Made by a program: the position numbers and the translations under genes
Shown: positions 51,548 through 62,337 of the stretch, piece after piece
Layout: each line of letters starts with the position of its first letter
Position numbering within the stretch: position 1 is the first letter of the stretch
Source: Trueperaceae bacterium
Lineage (GTDB): Bacteria; Deinococcota; Deinococci; Deinococcales; Trueperaceae
Length of the DNA stretch: 64,000 nucleotides
NCBI GenBank assembly: GCA_034520945.1
Contig: JAXHNB010000008.1
Coordinates: 1 to 64,000, forward strand
Direction: 5' to 3'
The notes under the pieces: generated by a model
The model's database searches: none
What the model was told of the DNA's origin: nothing
The model's input: only the letters and a program-made list of their open reading frames with translations

Positions 51548-51577
51548 CGTGCGCCGGACGCATGGGTCCGGCGCACG
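51548..51577 (+). terminator. 12-bp perfect hairpin downstream of the binding-protein gene
   Basis: CGTGCGCCGGAC-6nt-GTCCGGCGCACG; no U-tract. Confidence 0.4.
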
Positions 51578-51845
51578 GTGCTGCGGCCAGCCCGGGACTC
51601 GCGGCCTCGCGAGGAGGCGGAGGGGGCGCGTCGTGGACCGCACGGTGGGATGAGGCTTCGTGCACGTAGCGACGAGGTCGAGGACGATTCCTATCGCAGC
51701 GGGGCTGCACGCCTCCCCGGGCCGCGGTAGCATCCGACATGCTCCAGGACCCATGCACCCGCGTACGCCCGCGACGACCGATGCACGGCGAGGTGCCCCG
51801 CAGTTGGGCCGCCCTGACCCACCACCGCCCGGTCGAGGGCGCGTC

Positions 51846-53234
51846 GTGACCGCGGAACGGGGGATGCTCGACCTGGACGCCCTGACCGAAGCGGTCGCGG
51901 CGGGCACGATCGATACCGTGCTGGTGGCGTTCTCCGGGCCGTACGGAAGGCTGCTGGGCAAGCGCCTGGACGCGGAGTACTTCGTGTACTCCGCCGCCGC
52001 GTCCGGCACACACGTGTGCGACTACCTGCTGACCGCCGACATGGAGATGGAGCCGGTGCAGGGCTACGACTTCGCCAACTGGCACACCGGGTACGGCGAC
52101 GTGAAGCTGCGCCCGGACCTCGCCACCCTGCGGCACGCCAGTTGGCTGGACCGTAGCGCCATCGTCATGTGCGACGTACTGAATACCCAAAGCGGGGAAC
52201 CAACGACGGTGGCGCCCCGCTCGATCCTCGCGGGACAGGTCGAGCGATTGGCCCAGCGCGGCTTCCAGGCGGAGGCCGCCTCGGAACTGGAGTACTACCT
52301 CTACGAGGAGGACTACCGGCAGGCATCATTGCAGGGGCACGCCGATCTGCAGCCGGTGGGTTGGTACCTGGAGGACTACCACCTGCTGCAGGGCACGCGC
52401 GAGGAGGGGTTCACCGCCGAGGCGCGGCGGCACCTGCGGGCGTCCGGCATTCCCGTCGAGAGTTCCAAGGGCGAGTGGGGCCTGGGGCAGCACGAGGTCA
52501 ACGTGCGGCACGCCGAGGTGTCGGCGATGGCCGATCGGCACGCCCTGTTCAAGCAGTGCCTCAAGGAGGTCGCCGATCGCGTCGGGGTGAGCGTCACCTT
52601 CATGGCGAAGCCGCACGCGGGGCAGGCCGGTTCCTCCTGCCACCTGCACCTCAGCCTGTGGCACGGGGGCGCCAACGCCTTCGCCGGCTGGACGCCCGAC
52701 TCGGAGGACGGCCGGGATCACGGCAGCGACCTGTTCCGGCACTTCCTGGCCGGCTGGATGGCGCACGTGCACGAAACGATGGTGTTCTACGCCCCCACCG
52801 TGAACGCCTACAAGCGCTTCGAGACCGCTTCGTGGGCGCCAACGCGGGCCGCCTGGAGCTTCGACAACCGCACCGGCGGGTTCCGCGTGGTGGGGCATGG
52901 CCCCAGCCTGCGGATCGAGTGCCGCATCCCCGGCGCCGACGTGAACCCGCACCTGGCGTACGCCGCGGCGCTGGCGTCCGGCCTGGACGGCATCGAACGG
53001 GAACTCGAACCGCCCGCCGCCTTCGACGGCGACGTGTACGGCGCCACCGAGCTGCCGCTCCTGCCGACGAGCCTGCGGGAGGCCACCGACCTGTTCGAAG
53101 CCAGCGACTTCGCGCGCGCCGCGTTCGGAGATGGCGTGGTGGACCACTACGTGCACTTCTTCCGGACCGAGCAGGCGGCCTTCGACGCCAGCGTGACCGA
53201 CTGGGAGCGACAGCGCTACTTCGAGCGCATTTGA
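51846..53234 (+). CDS. Glutamine synthetase-like gamma-glutamyl-amine ligase (GlnA4/PuuA-like), copy 1
   Basis: GRLLGKR, ELEY, KGEWGLGQHE, TFMAKP, GSSCHLH, DNRT, RIECRIPGAD. Confidence 0.9.
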   Translation: MTAERGMLDLDALTEAVAAGTIDTVLVAFSGPYGRLLGKRLDAEYFVYSAAASGTHVCDYLLTADMEMEPVQGYDFANWHTGYGDVKLRPDLATLRHASWLDRSAIVMCDVLNTQSGEPTTVAPRSILAGQVERLAQRGFQAEAASELEYYLYEEDYRQASLQGHADLQPVGWYLEDYHLLQGTREEGFTAEARRHLRASGIPVESSKGEWGLGQHEVNVRHAEVSAMADRHALFKQCLKEVADRVGVSVTFMAKPHAGQAGSSCHLHLSLWHGGANAFAGWTPDSEDGRDHGSDLFRHFLAGWMAHVHETMVFYAPTVNAYKRFETASWAPTRAAWSFDNRTGGFRVVGHGPSLRIECRIPGADVNPHLAYAAALASGLDGIERELEPPAAFDGDVYGATELPLLPTSLREATDLFEASDFARAAFGDGVVDHYVHFFRTEQAAFDASVTDWERQRYFERI

Positions 53235-53298
53235 ATCACGGCGCATAGGGCCCGGTAGAACGAGAGGCCCCGTGACCGTGGAGGGGAATGGTGAAGTC

Positions 53299-54090
53299 AT
53301 GAACGCGAACGCCGAAGGGCGGCTGGCCGACAAGGTCGCCCTCATCACCGGGGCCGGCAGCGGCATCGGGCGCGAGACGGCGCTCCGCTTCGCGGGCGAA
53401 GGGGCCGCGGTGGTGGTCGCCGACGTGCAGGACGACGCCGGCCGCGCCACCGTCGCCGACGTCGAGGCGGCCGGCGGCCAGGCCGACTTCGTCCACGCCG
53501 ACGTGTCGCAGGCGGCGGACTGCGAAGCGATGATCGCCTTCGCGGAGGACCGCTTCGGCCGCCTGGACGTGCTGTTCAACAACGCCGGCATCATGGACGG
53601 CCGCGACGACGACGCCGTCGCTACCGACGAGGAGGTGTGGGACGTCACCATGGCCGTGAACGCCAAGGGGGTGTACTTCGGCTGCAAGTACGGCGTGCCG
53701 GCCCTGCGGCGGGCGGGCGGCGGATCGATCATCAACACCGCGTCGTTCGTGGCGCTGCGCGGCGCCGCCACCCCGCAGATCGCCTACACCGCCAGCAAGG
53801 GCGCGGTGCTGGCCCTGACCCGCGAGCTGGCGGTGGTGCACGCCCGCGAGAACATCCGCGTCAACGCGCTGTGCCCCGGTCCGCTCCGCACCGAGCTGCT
53901 GATGAAGGTCCTCGACACCGAGGAGAAGCGCCAGCGTCGCTTGGTGCACGTACCGATGGGCCGTTTCGGCGAGGCACGCGAGATGGCCGAGGCGGCGCTG
54001 TACCTGGCCGACGACGCCTCCTCCTACGTCACCGGCAGCGAACTCACCGTGGACGGCGGTCTCACCGCCGCGTACGTGACGCCGGAATGA
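53299..54090 (+). CDS. SDR dehydrogenase, copy 1
   Basis: TGAGSGIG, NNAG, YTASK. Confidence 0.93.
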   Translation: MNANAEGRLADKVALITGAGSGIGRETALRFAGEGAAVVVADVQDDAGRATVADVEAAGGQADFVHADVSQAADCEAMIAFAEDRFGRLDVLFNNAGIMDGRDDDAVATDEEVWDVTMAVNAKGVYFGCKYGVPALRRAGGGSIINTASFVALRGAATPQIAYTASKGAVLALTRELAVVHARENIRVNALCPGPLRTELLMKVLDTEEKRQRRLVHVPMGRFGEAREMAEAALYLADDASSYVTGSELTVDGGLTAAYVTPE

Positions 54091-55544
54091 CGCGCCGTCT
54101 GGAGACGATCAGCCCCATCGACGGCTCGGTGTACGTGCGGCGGGACCTGGCCGGACCGTCCGAGATCGATCGAGCACTGGTCGCGGCCGAGCGGGCGCAA
54201 CCGGCCTGGCGCGACACCCCCCTGAACGACCGCATCGCCGTGGTGCGCCGCATGGTGGAGCACATGAACGAGCAGGCCGACGACATCGCGCTGGAGCTGG
54301 CCTGGCAGATGGGCCGCCCCGTCGCTGCCGGGCCTGGCGAGATCCGCGGCGGCTACGCCGAGCGGGCGCTCGGGATGGCCGACCTCGCCCCCCAAGCGCT
54401 GGCCGACCAGGCGGTGCGTTGGCAAGGCGGCACCCCCGTCCACGAGGCCCTGGCCGCGGGCGCCGGGCGGGAGGACACGCCGTCCGGGCAGCCGCACCGG
54501 CGATTGCGCGCCGTGCCGGTGGGGGTGGTGCTGGTGCTGGCGCCGTGGAACTTTCCGTTCCTGACGGCGGTGAACGCGGTCGTGCCGGCCCTGCTGGCCG
54601 GCAATGCGGTGCTCCTCAAGCACTCGGACCAGACGCCGCTGGCGGCCGAACGGATCGAGGCCGCCTTCGCGGCGGCCGGGCTGCCATCCGGTGTGTTGCA
54701 GGCGCTGCACCTGAGCCACGACGCCGTGGCCGAGGTGGTGCAGGACGAACGCGTCGGCTACGTGCACTTCACCGGCTCGGTCGAGGGCGGCCGCGCCGTC
54801 AAACGGGCCGCGGCCGAACGGTTCATCGAGGTCGGCCTCGAGCTGGGCGGCAAGGACCCCGGCTACGTCCGTGCCGACGCGGACCTGGCGCACGCCGCCG
54901 CCAATCTGGCCGACGGGGCGTTCTTCAACAGCGGCCAGTCCTGCTGCGGGATCGAACGGATCTACGTCCACCGTGACGTGTACGACCCCTTCGTCGAACG
55001 TCTGGTGTCGGAGGCTCGCGCCCTGCGGTTGGGCGACCCGCGCGACCCCGCCACCACGCTGGGTCCCATGGCCCGAACCTCCGGCGCCGAGCTGGCCCGC
55101 GCGCACGTGGACGAGGCCGTCGCGCAGGGCGCGCGGGCATTGTTGGACCCAGGCGAGTTTCCGGCTGCGAAGCGGGGCACGCCCTACCTGGCGCCGCAGG
55201 TGCTGACCGGCGTGCACCCGGGCATGCGCGTGATGCGCGAGGAGACCTTCGGCCCCGTCGTTACCGTTTCGCCGGTCGACAGTGATCAGGCCGCCATCCA
55301 AGCCATGAACGACAGCCGCTACGGGCTGACCGCCAGCGTGTGGACGCGCGACCTGGACGCGGCCCTCCGGATCGGCGGCCGGCTGGAGACCGGCACCTGC
55401 TACGCGAATCGTTGCGATTACCTGGACCCGCTGCTGGCCTGGACCGGCGTGAAGGACTCCGGCCGCGGCGTGTCGCTGTCGCGCCTGGGGTTCGGTCCGT
55501 TCACGCGGCCGATGTCGTTCCGGCTGCAGGAGCCGGGGGCGTAG
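54087..55544 (+). CDS. Aldehyde dehydrogenase, copy 1
   Basis: PWNFP, FTGS, ELGGK, GQSC, EETFGP. Confidence 0.93.
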   Translation: MTRRLETISPIDGSVYVRRDLAGPSEIDRALVAAERAQPAWRDTPLNDRIAVVRRMVEHMNEQADDIALELAWQMGRPVAAGPGEIRGGYAERALGMADLAPQALADQAVRWQGGTPVHEALAAGAGREDTPSGQPHRRLRAVPVGVVLVLAPWNFPFLTAVNAVVPALLAGNAVLLKHSDQTPLAAERIEAAFAAAGLPSGVLQALHLSHDAVAEVVQDERVGYVHFTGSVEGGRAVKRAAAERFIEVGLELGGKDPGYVRADADLAHAAANLADGAFFNSGQSCCGIERIYVHRDVYDPFVERLVSEARALRLGDPRDPATTLGPMARTSGAELARAHVDEAVAQGARALLDPGEFPAAKRGTPYLAPQVLTGVHPGMRVMREETFGPVVTVSPVDSDQAAIQAMNDSRYGLTASVWTRDLDAALRIGGRLETGTCYANRCDYLDPLLAWTGVKDSGRGVSLSRLGFGPFTRPMSFRLQEPGA

Positions 55545-55596
55545 CCGTGAGACGTGCGAGCCAGTCGGGCGTGGCCGGTGGGGGAGAGATGGGCGC

Positions 55597-56202
55597 ATGC
55601 AGCCGCGCGACCTGACCCTGCCGGCCGTGCCGTCGGCGATGACGTGGGAGGTGCCCCCCGCCGCGTTCGAGGTGCTCGGCGACGATGCCTTCGCCGTCAC
55701 CGCCCCACCGAAGTCCGACCTGTTCCATAGCCCCGAGGGCGAGCGCGCGGTCGCGACGAGCCCCAGGGCGACCTTCCCGGTCACGGCGCCCTGCCTGCTG
55801 TCGGCGCGCGTGCGGGTGGGGTTCCGGGACGCCTTCGACGCGGGCGCGTTGTTGGTCTACCAAGGGAAACGAAGCTGGGCGAAGTTGTGCCTGGAGCGCG
55901 CCCCGACGTTTCCGACGGTGGTGTCCGTCGTCACGCGCGGCTCCTCGGACGACGCCAACGCCTGGCGCGTGGAGGGGGACGCCGTCTGGCTTCGCGTCGC
56001 GGTGCGCACGTGCGAGATCGCGTTTCACGCCTCGACGGACGGGGTGCGGTGGGACCTGGTGCGCCACTTCGCGCTGGAGGCGGGGGCCGAGACCCGCATC
56101 GGGGTTTCGTGCCAGTCGCCGGTCGGGGAGGGGTGCGAGACGCAGTTCAGCGGCGTTCGCTTCCGCGAGGCGTTGCTCGACGACATTCGCTCGGGGGCGT
56201 AG
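55597..56202 (+). CDS. DUF1349 domain protein, copy 1
   Basis: WAKLCLE, VVSVVTRGSSDD, STDG..W..VR, QSP.GEG. Confidence 0.85.
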   Translation: MQPRDLTLPAVPSAMTWEVPPAAFEVLGDDAFAVTAPPKSDLFHSPEGERAVATSPRATFPVTAPCLLSARVRVGFRDAFDAGALLVYQGKRSWAKLCLERAPTFPTVVSVVTRGSSDDANAWRVEGDAVWLRVAVRTCEIAFHASTDGVRWDLVRHFALEAGAETRIGVSCQSPVGEGCETQFSGVRFREALLDDIRSGA

Positions 56203-56247
56203 CACGCGCTTTGGCCCCGAGCGGTCGTCGAGCCTGGCGGCCGAGCG

Positions 56248-56967
56248 TCACGCCATGCGGAGCAGTTCGTGCCCCACCATGCCGACCAGGAACCCCAGCA
56301 CGCCGCCCAACGCGGGGAGCCAGTGCCGCTCCAAGCGTGCCTGCGGCGCCAGGTCCTGAAACGTCAGGTAGAGAATGCCGCCCGCCGCGACCAGCATCAC
56401 GACGCCGGTCGCGGCCGTGAAGGGCGCCAGCAGGAAGTAGCCCGCCAGTCCGGCGACCGCGCCCAGGGCGGCGAAGCCCAGGAACGGGGCGAACCGAGGT
56501 CGCGACGCGCCCGAAGCGTCGTGGGCCTCCCGGTAGGCGTTGAAGCCCTCCGGGAGGTTCTGCAGTGCGATCAGCAGGGCCAACGCCGGCCCGCCGCCCG
56601 CGCCGCTGGCCGCGATGGCGCCCAGGGCGGCGGCCTCCGGCAGAAAGTCGGCCAGCATCGCGACCGTCTGCGCCTTGCGGGCGCCGCGGCGCGCCAGCGC
56701 CACGTCCAACGCCATGAACCCGGTGCCGCCGGCGAGGAACGCCGACGCGCTTCCCCACAACGGCAGCGCGTTCAGGCCCTCGGGGACCAGCACCAACGCC
56801 ACGGCGGCCAGCAGCGCCCCCGCCCCGAAGGCGATCACGCCGTGGCGAAGCTCGTTCTCCAGCCACTGCGGGCGGATGTGCTCGTTCATTGCCAACGCCG
56901 CGCCGGCCGGTATAGCGGCACCTGCGCCAAGGGCGTACAGCGCGACGACCAGCCAGGGCGGAAGCAT
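56248..56967 (-). CDS. ZIP family metal transporter, copy 1
   Basis: AFGAGALL, DFLPE, QNLPEG, AAGGILY. Confidence 0.85.
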   Translation of the reverse strand: MLPPWLVVALYALGAGAAIPAGAALAMNEHIRPQWLENELRHGVIAFGAGALLAAVALVLVPEGLNALPLWGSASAFLAGGTGFMALDVALARRGARKAQTVAMLADFLPEAAALGAIAASGAGGGPALALLIALQNLPEGFNAYREAHDASGASRPRFAPFLGFAALGAVAGLAGYFLLAPFTAATGVVMLVAAGGILYLTFQDLAPQARLERHWLPALGGVLGFLVGMVGHELLRMA

Positions 56968-57212
56968 GGGGTCATGGTAGACGAGGCGGGCCGGCCAGCG
57001 GGCTACATGGCCGTGCGGTGGAACGTGATCGGTACGCGTGCCACGACGGGTTCGCCCTCGGCCTCGTACGCCCGCACGCCTCGCCGGGTCGCGGTAGCAT
57101 CCGACATGCTCCAGGACCCATGCACCCGCGTACGCCCGCGACGACCGATGCACGGCGAGGTGCCCCGCCGTTGGGCCGTCCCGACCCACCACCGCCCGGT
57201 CGAGGGCGCGTC

Positions 57213-58601
57213 GTGACCGCGGAGCGGGGGATGCTCGACCTGGACGCCCTGACCGAAGCGGTCGCGGCGGGCACGATCGATACCGTGCTGGTGGCGTTCT
57301 CCGGGCCGTACGGAAGGCTGCTGGGCAAGCGCCTGGACGCGGAGTACTTCGTGTACTCCGCCGCCGCGTCCGGCACACACGTGTGCGACTACCTGCTGAC
57401 GGCCGACATGGAGATGGAGCCGGTGCAGGGCTACGACTTCGCCAACTGGCACACCGGGTACGGCGACGTGAAGCTGCGCCCGGACCTCGCCACCCTGCGG
57501 CACGCCAGTTGGCTGGACCGTAGCGCCATCGTCATGTGCGACGTACTGAATACCCAAAGCGGGGAACCAACGACGGTGGCGCCCCGCTCGATCCTCGCGG
57601 GACAGGTCGAGCGATTGGTTCAGCGCGGCTTCCAGGCGGAGGCCGCCTCGGAACTGGAGTACTACCTCTACGAGGAGGACTACCGGCAGGCATCATTGCA
57701 GGGGCACGCCGATCTGCAGCCGGTGGGTTGGTACCTGGAGGACTACCACCTGCTGCAGGGCACGCGCGAGGAGGGGTTCACCGCCGAGGCGCGGCGGCAC
57801 CTGCGGGCGTCCGGCATTCCCGTCGAGAGTTCCAAGGGCGAGTGGGGCCTGGGGCAGCACGAGGTCAACGTGCGGCACGCCGAGGTGTCGGCGATGGCCG
57901 ATCGGCACGCCCTGTTCAAGCAGTGCCTCAAGGAGGTCGCCGATCGCGTCGGGGTGAGCGTCACCTTCATGGCGAAGCCGCACGCGGGGCAGGCCGGTTC
58001 CTCCTGCCACCTGCACCTCAGCCTGTGGCACGGGGGCGCCAACGCCTTCGCCGGCTGGACGCCCGACTCGGAGGACGGCCGGGATCACGGCAGCGACCTG
58101 TTCCGGCACTTCCTGGCCGGCTGGATGGCGCACGTGCACGAAACGATGGTGTTCTACGCCCCCACCGTGAACGCCTACAAGCGCTTCGAGACCGCCTCGT
58201 GGGCGCCAACGCGGGCCGCCTGGAGCTTCGACAACCGCACCGGCGGGTTCCGCGTGGTGGGGCATGGCCCCAGCCTGCGGATCGAGTGCCGCATCCCCGG
58301 CGCCGACGTGAACCCGCACCTGGCGTACGCCGCGGCGCTGGCGTCCGGCCTGGACGGCATCGAACGGGAACTCGAACCGCCCGCCGCCTTCGACGGCGAC
58401 GTGTACGGCGCCACCGAGCTGCCGCTCCTGCCGACGAGCCTGCGGGAGGCCACCGACCTGTTCGAAGGCAGCGACTTCGCGCGCGCCGCGTTCGGGGACG
58501 AGGTGGTGGACCACTACGTGCACTTCTTCCGGACCGAGCAGGCGGCCTTCGACGCCAGCGTGACCGACTGGGAGCGACAGCGCTACTTCGAGCGCATTTG
58601 A
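57213..58601 (+). CDS. Glutamine synthetase-like gamma-glutamyl-amine ligase, copy 2
   Basis: As copy 1. Confidence 0.9.
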   Translation: MTAERGMLDLDALTEAVAAGTIDTVLVAFSGPYGRLLGKRLDAEYFVYSAAASGTHVCDYLLTADMEMEPVQGYDFANWHTGYGDVKLRPDLATLRHASWLDRSAIVMCDVLNTQSGEPTTVAPRSILAGQVERLVQRGFQAEAASELEYYLYEEDYRQASLQGHADLQPVGWYLEDYHLLQGTREEGFTAEARRHLRASGIPVESSKGEWGLGQHEVNVRHAEVSAMADRHALFKQCLKEVADRVGVSVTFMAKPHAGQAGSSCHLHLSLWHGGANAFAGWTPDSEDGRDHGSDLFRHFLAGWMAHVHETMVFYAPTVNAYKRFETASWAPTRAAWSFDNRTGGFRVVGHGPSLRIECRIPGADVNPHLAYAAALASGLDGIERELEPPAAFDGDVYGATELPLLPTSLREATDLFEGSDFARAAFGDEVVDHYVHFFRTEQAAFDASVTDWERQRYFERI

Positions 58602-58665
58602 ATCACGGCGCATAGGGCCCGGTAGAACGAGAGGCCCCGTGACCGTGGAGGGGAATGGTGAAGTC

Positions 58666-59457
58666 ATGAACGCGAACGCCGAAGGGCGGCTGGCCGACAA
58701 GGTCGCCCTCATCACCGGGGCCGGCAGCGGCATCGGGCGCGAGACGGCGCTCCGCTTCGCGGGCGAAGGGGCCGCGGTGGTGGTCGCCGACGTGCAGGAC
58801 GACGCCGGCCGCGCCACCGTCGCCGACGTCGAGGCGGCCGGCGGCCAGGCCGACTTCGTCCACGCCGACGTGTCGCAGGCGGCGGACTGCGAAGCGATGA
58901 TCGCCTTCGCGGAGGACCGCTTCGGCCACCTGGACGTGCTGTTCAACAACGCCGGCATCATGGACGGCCGCGACAATGATGCCGTGAGCACCGAGGAGGA
59001 GGTGTGGGACGTCACCATGGCCGTGAACGCCAAGGGGGTGTACTTTGGCTGCAAGTACGGCGTGCCGGCGCTGCGGCGGGCGGGCGGCGGATCGATCATC
59101 AACACCGCGTCGTTCGTGGCGCTGCGCGGCGCCGCCACCCCGCAGATCGCCTACACCGCCAGCAAGGGCGCGGTGCTGGCCCTCACCCGTGAACTGGCGG
59201 TGGTGCACGCCCGCGAGAACATCCGCGTCAACGCGCTGTGCCCCGGTCCGCTCCGCACCGAGCTGCTGATGAAGGTCCTCGACACCGAGGAGAAGCGCCA
59301 GCGTCGCTTGGTGCACGTACCGATGGGCCGTTTCGGCGAGGCACGCGAGATGGCCGAGGCGGCGCTGTACCTGGCCGACGACGCCTCCTCCTACGTCACC
59401 GGCAGCGAACTCACCGTGGACGGCGGTCTCACCGCCGCGTACGTGACGCCGGAATGA
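58666..59457 (+). CDS. SDR dehydrogenase, copy 2
   Basis: As copy 1. Confidence 0.93.
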   Translation: MNANAEGRLADKVALITGAGSGIGRETALRFAGEGAAVVVADVQDDAGRATVADVEAAGGQADFVHADVSQAADCEAMIAFAEDRFGHLDVLFNNAGIMDGRDNDAVSTEEEVWDVTMAVNAKGVYFGCKYGVPALRRAGGGSIINTASFVALRGAATPQIAYTASKGAVLALTRELAVVHARENIRVNALCPGPLRTELLMKVLDTEEKRQRRLVHVPMGRFGEAREMAEAALYLADDASSYVTGSELTVDGGLTAAYVTPE

Positions 59458-60911
59458 CGCGCCGTCTGGAGACGATCAGCCCCATCGACGGCTCGGTGTA
59501 CGTGCGGCGGGACCTGGCCGGACCGTCCGAGATCGATCGAGCACTGGTCGCGGCCGAGCGGGCGCAACCGGCCTGGCGCGACACCCCCCTGAACGACCGC
59601 ATCGCCGTGGTGCGCCGCATGGTGGAGCACATGAACGAGCAGGCCGACGACATCGCGCTGGAGCTGGCCTGGCAGATGGGCCGCCCCGTCGCTGCCGGGC
59701 CTGGCGAGATCCGCGGCGGCTACGCCGAGCGGGCGCTCGGGATGGCCGACCTCGCCCCCCAAGCGCTGGCCGACCAGGCGGTGCGTTGGCAAGGCGGCAC
59801 CCCCGTCCACGAGGCCCTGGCCGCGGGCGCCGGGCGGGAGGACACGCCGTCCGGGCAGCCGCACCGGCGATTGCGCGCCGTGCCGGTGGGGGTGGTGCTG
59901 GTGCTGGCGCCGTGGAACTTCCCGTTCCTGACGGCGGTGAACGCGGTCGTGCCGGCTTTGCTGGCCGGCAATGCGGTGCTCCTCAAGCACTCGGACCAGA
60001 CGCCGCTGGCGGCCGAACGGATGGAGGCCGCCTTCGCGGCGGCCGGGCTGCCATCCGGCGTGCTGCAGGCGCTGCACCTGAGCCACGACGCCGTGGCCGA
60101 GGTGGTGCAGGACGAACGCGTCGGGTACGTGCACTTCACCGGCTCGGTCGAGGGCGGCCGCGCCGTCAAACGGGCCGCGGCCGAACGGTTCATCGAGGTC
60201 GGCCTCGAGCTGGGCGGCAAGGACCCCGGCTACGTCCGTGCCGACGCGGACCTGGCGCACGCCGCCGCCAATCTGGCCGACGGGGCGTTCTTCAACAGCG
60301 GCCAGTCCTGCTGCGGGATCGAACGGATCTACGTCCACCGTGACGTGTACGACCCCTTCGTCGAACGTCTGGTGTCGGAGGCTCGCGCCCTGCGGTTGGG
60401 CGACCCGCGCGACCCCGCCACCACGCTGGGTCCCATGGCCCGAACCTCCGGCGCCGAGCTGGCCCGCGCGCACGTGGACGAGGCCGTCGCGCAGGGCGCG
60501 CGGGCATTGTTGGACCCAGGCGAGTTTCCGGCTGCGAAGCGGGGCACGCCCTACCTGGCGCCGCAGGTGCTGACCGGCGTGCACCCGGGCATGCGCGTGA
60601 TGCGCGAGGAGACCTTCGGCCCCGTCGTTACCGTTTCGCCGGTCGACAGTGATCAGGTCGCCATCCAAGCCATGAACGACAGCCGCTACGGGCTGACCGC
60701 CAGCGTGTGGACGCGCGACCTGGACGCGGCCCTCCGGATCGGTGGCCGGCTGGAGACCGGCACCTGCTACGCGAATCGTTGCGATTACCTGGACCCGCTG
60801 CTGGCCTGGACCGGCGTGAAGGACTCCGGCCGCGGCGTGTCGCTGTCGCGCCTGGGGTTCGGTCCGTTCACGCGGCCGATGTCGTTCCGGCTGCAGGAGC
60901 CGGGGGCGTAG
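59454..60911 (+). CDS. Aldehyde dehydrogenase, copy 2
   Basis: As copy 1. Confidence 0.93.
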   Translation: MTRRLETISPIDGSVYVRRDLAGPSEIDRALVAAERAQPAWRDTPLNDRIAVVRRMVEHMNEQADDIALELAWQMGRPVAAGPGEIRGGYAERALGMADLAPQALADQAVRWQGGTPVHEALAAGAGREDTPSGQPHRRLRAVPVGVVLVLAPWNFPFLTAVNAVVPALLAGNAVLLKHSDQTPLAAERMEAAFAAAGLPSGVLQALHLSHDAVAEVVQDERVGYVHFTGSVEGGRAVKRAAAERFIEVGLELGGKDPGYVRADADLAHAAANLADGAFFNSGQSCCGIERIYVHRDVYDPFVERLVSEARALRLGDPRDPATTLGPMARTSGAELARAHVDEAVAQGARALLDPGEFPAAKRGTPYLAPQVLTGVHPGMRVMREETFGPVVTVSPVDSDQVAIQAMNDSRYGLTASVWTRDLDAALRIGGRLETGTCYANRCDYLDPLLAWTGVKDSGRGVSLSRLGFGPFTRPMSFRLQEPGA

Positions 60912-60963
60912 CCGTGAGACGTGCGAGCCAGTCGGGCGTGGCCGGTGGGGGAGAGATGGGCGC

Positions 60964-61569
60964 ATGCAGCCGCGCGACCTGACCCTGCCGGCCGTGCCGT
61001 CGGCGATGACGTGGGAGGTGCCCCCCGCCGCGTTCGAGGTGCTCGGCGACGATGCCTTCGCCGTCACCGCCCCACCGAAGTCCGACCTGTTCCATAGCCC
61101 CGAGGGCGAGCGCGCGATCGCCACGAGCCCCAGGGCGACCTTCCCGGTCACGGCGCCCTGCCTGCTGTCGGCGCGCGTGCAGGTGAGGTTCTGGGACGCC
61201 TTCGACGCGGGCGCGTTGTTGGTCTACCAAGGGAAACGAAGCTGGGCGAAGTTGTGCCTGGAGCGCGCCCCGACGTTTCCGACGGTGGTGTCCGTCGTCA
61301 CGCGCGGCTCCTCGGACGACGCCAACGCCTGGCGCGTGGAGGGGGACGCCGTTTGGCTTCGCGTCGCGGTGCGCACGCGGGAGATCGCGTTTCACGCCTC
61401 GACGGACGGGGTGCGGTGGGACCTGGTGCGCCACTTCGCGCTGGAGGCGGGAGCCGAGACCCGCATCGGGGTTTCGTGCCAGTCGCCGGTCGGGGAGGGG
61501 TGCGAGACGCAGTTCAGCGGCGTTCGCTTCCGCGAGGCGTTGCTCGACGACATTCGCTCGGGGGCGTAA
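60964..61569 (+). CDS. DUF1349 domain protein, copy 2
   Basis: As copy 1. Confidence 0.85.
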   Translation: MQPRDLTLPAVPSAMTWEVPPAAFEVLGDDAFAVTAPPKSDLFHSPEGERAIATSPRATFPVTAPCLLSARVQVRFWDAFDAGALLVYQGKRSWAKLCLERAPTFPTVVSVVTRGSSDDANAWRVEGDAVWLRVAVRTREIAFHASTDGVRWDLVRHFALEAGAETRIGVSCQSPVGEGCETQFSGVRFREALLDDIRSGA

Positions 61570-61617
61570 CGCGCGCTTGGGCCCCCGAACGGGCGTGTCG
61601 CGCCCGGTGGCCGGGCG

Positions 61618-62337
61618 TCACGCCATGCGGAGCAGTTCGTGCCCCACCATGCCGACCAGGAACCCCAGCACGCCGCCCAACGCGGGGAGCCAGTGCTGCT
61701 CCAAGCGTGCCTGCGGCGCCAAATCCTGAAACGTCAGGTAGAGAATGCCGCCCGCCGCGACCAGCATCACGACGCCGGTCGCGGCCGTGAAGGGCGCCAG
61801 CAGGAAGTAGCCCGCCAGTCCGGCGACCGCGCCCAGGGCGGCGAAGCCCAGGAACGGGGCGAACGGGGGTCGCGACGCGCCCGAAGCGTCGTGGGCCTCC
61901 CGGTAGGCGTTGAAGCCCTCCGGGAGGTTTTGCAGTGCGATCAGCAGGGCCAACGCCGGCCCGCCGCCCGCGCCGCTGGCCGCGATGGCGCCCAGGGCGG
62001 CGGCCTCCGGCAGGAAGTCGGCCAGCATCGCGACCGTCTGCGCCTTGCGGGCGCCCCGGCGCGCCAGCGCCACGTCCAACGCCATGAACCCGGTGCCGCC
62101 GGCGAGGAACGCCGACGCGCTTCCCCACAACGGCAGCACGTTCAGGCCCTCGGGGACCAGCACCAACGCCACGGCGGCCAGAAGGGCCCCCGCCCCGAAG
62201 GCGATCACGCCGTGGCGAAGCTCGTTCTCCAGCCACTGCGGGCGGATGTGCTCGTTCATTGCCAACGCCGCGCCGGCCGGTATAGCGGCACCTGCGCCAA
62301 GGGCGTACAGCGCGACGACCAGCCAGGGCGGAAGCAT
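61618..62337 (-). CDS. ZIP family metal transporter, copy 2
   Basis: As copy 1. Confidence 0.85.
   Translation of the reverse strand: MLPPWLVVALYALGAGAAIPAGAALAMNEHIRPQWLENELRHGVIAFGAGALLAAVALVLVPEGLNVLPLWGSASAFLAGGTGFMALDVALARRGARKAQTVAMLADFLPEAAALGAIAASGAGGGPALALLIALQNLPEGFNAYREAHDASGASRPPFAPFLGFAALGAVAGLAGYFLLAPFTAATGVVMLVAAGGILYLTFQDLAPQARLEQHWLPALGGVLGFLVGMVGHELLRMA

Larger units (their letters stand above)
51707..57071. repeat. Tandem duplication, copy 1 (~5.37 kb)
   Basis: Matches 57074-62441 at offset 5367 (5370 after ~56200). Confidence 0.95.
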
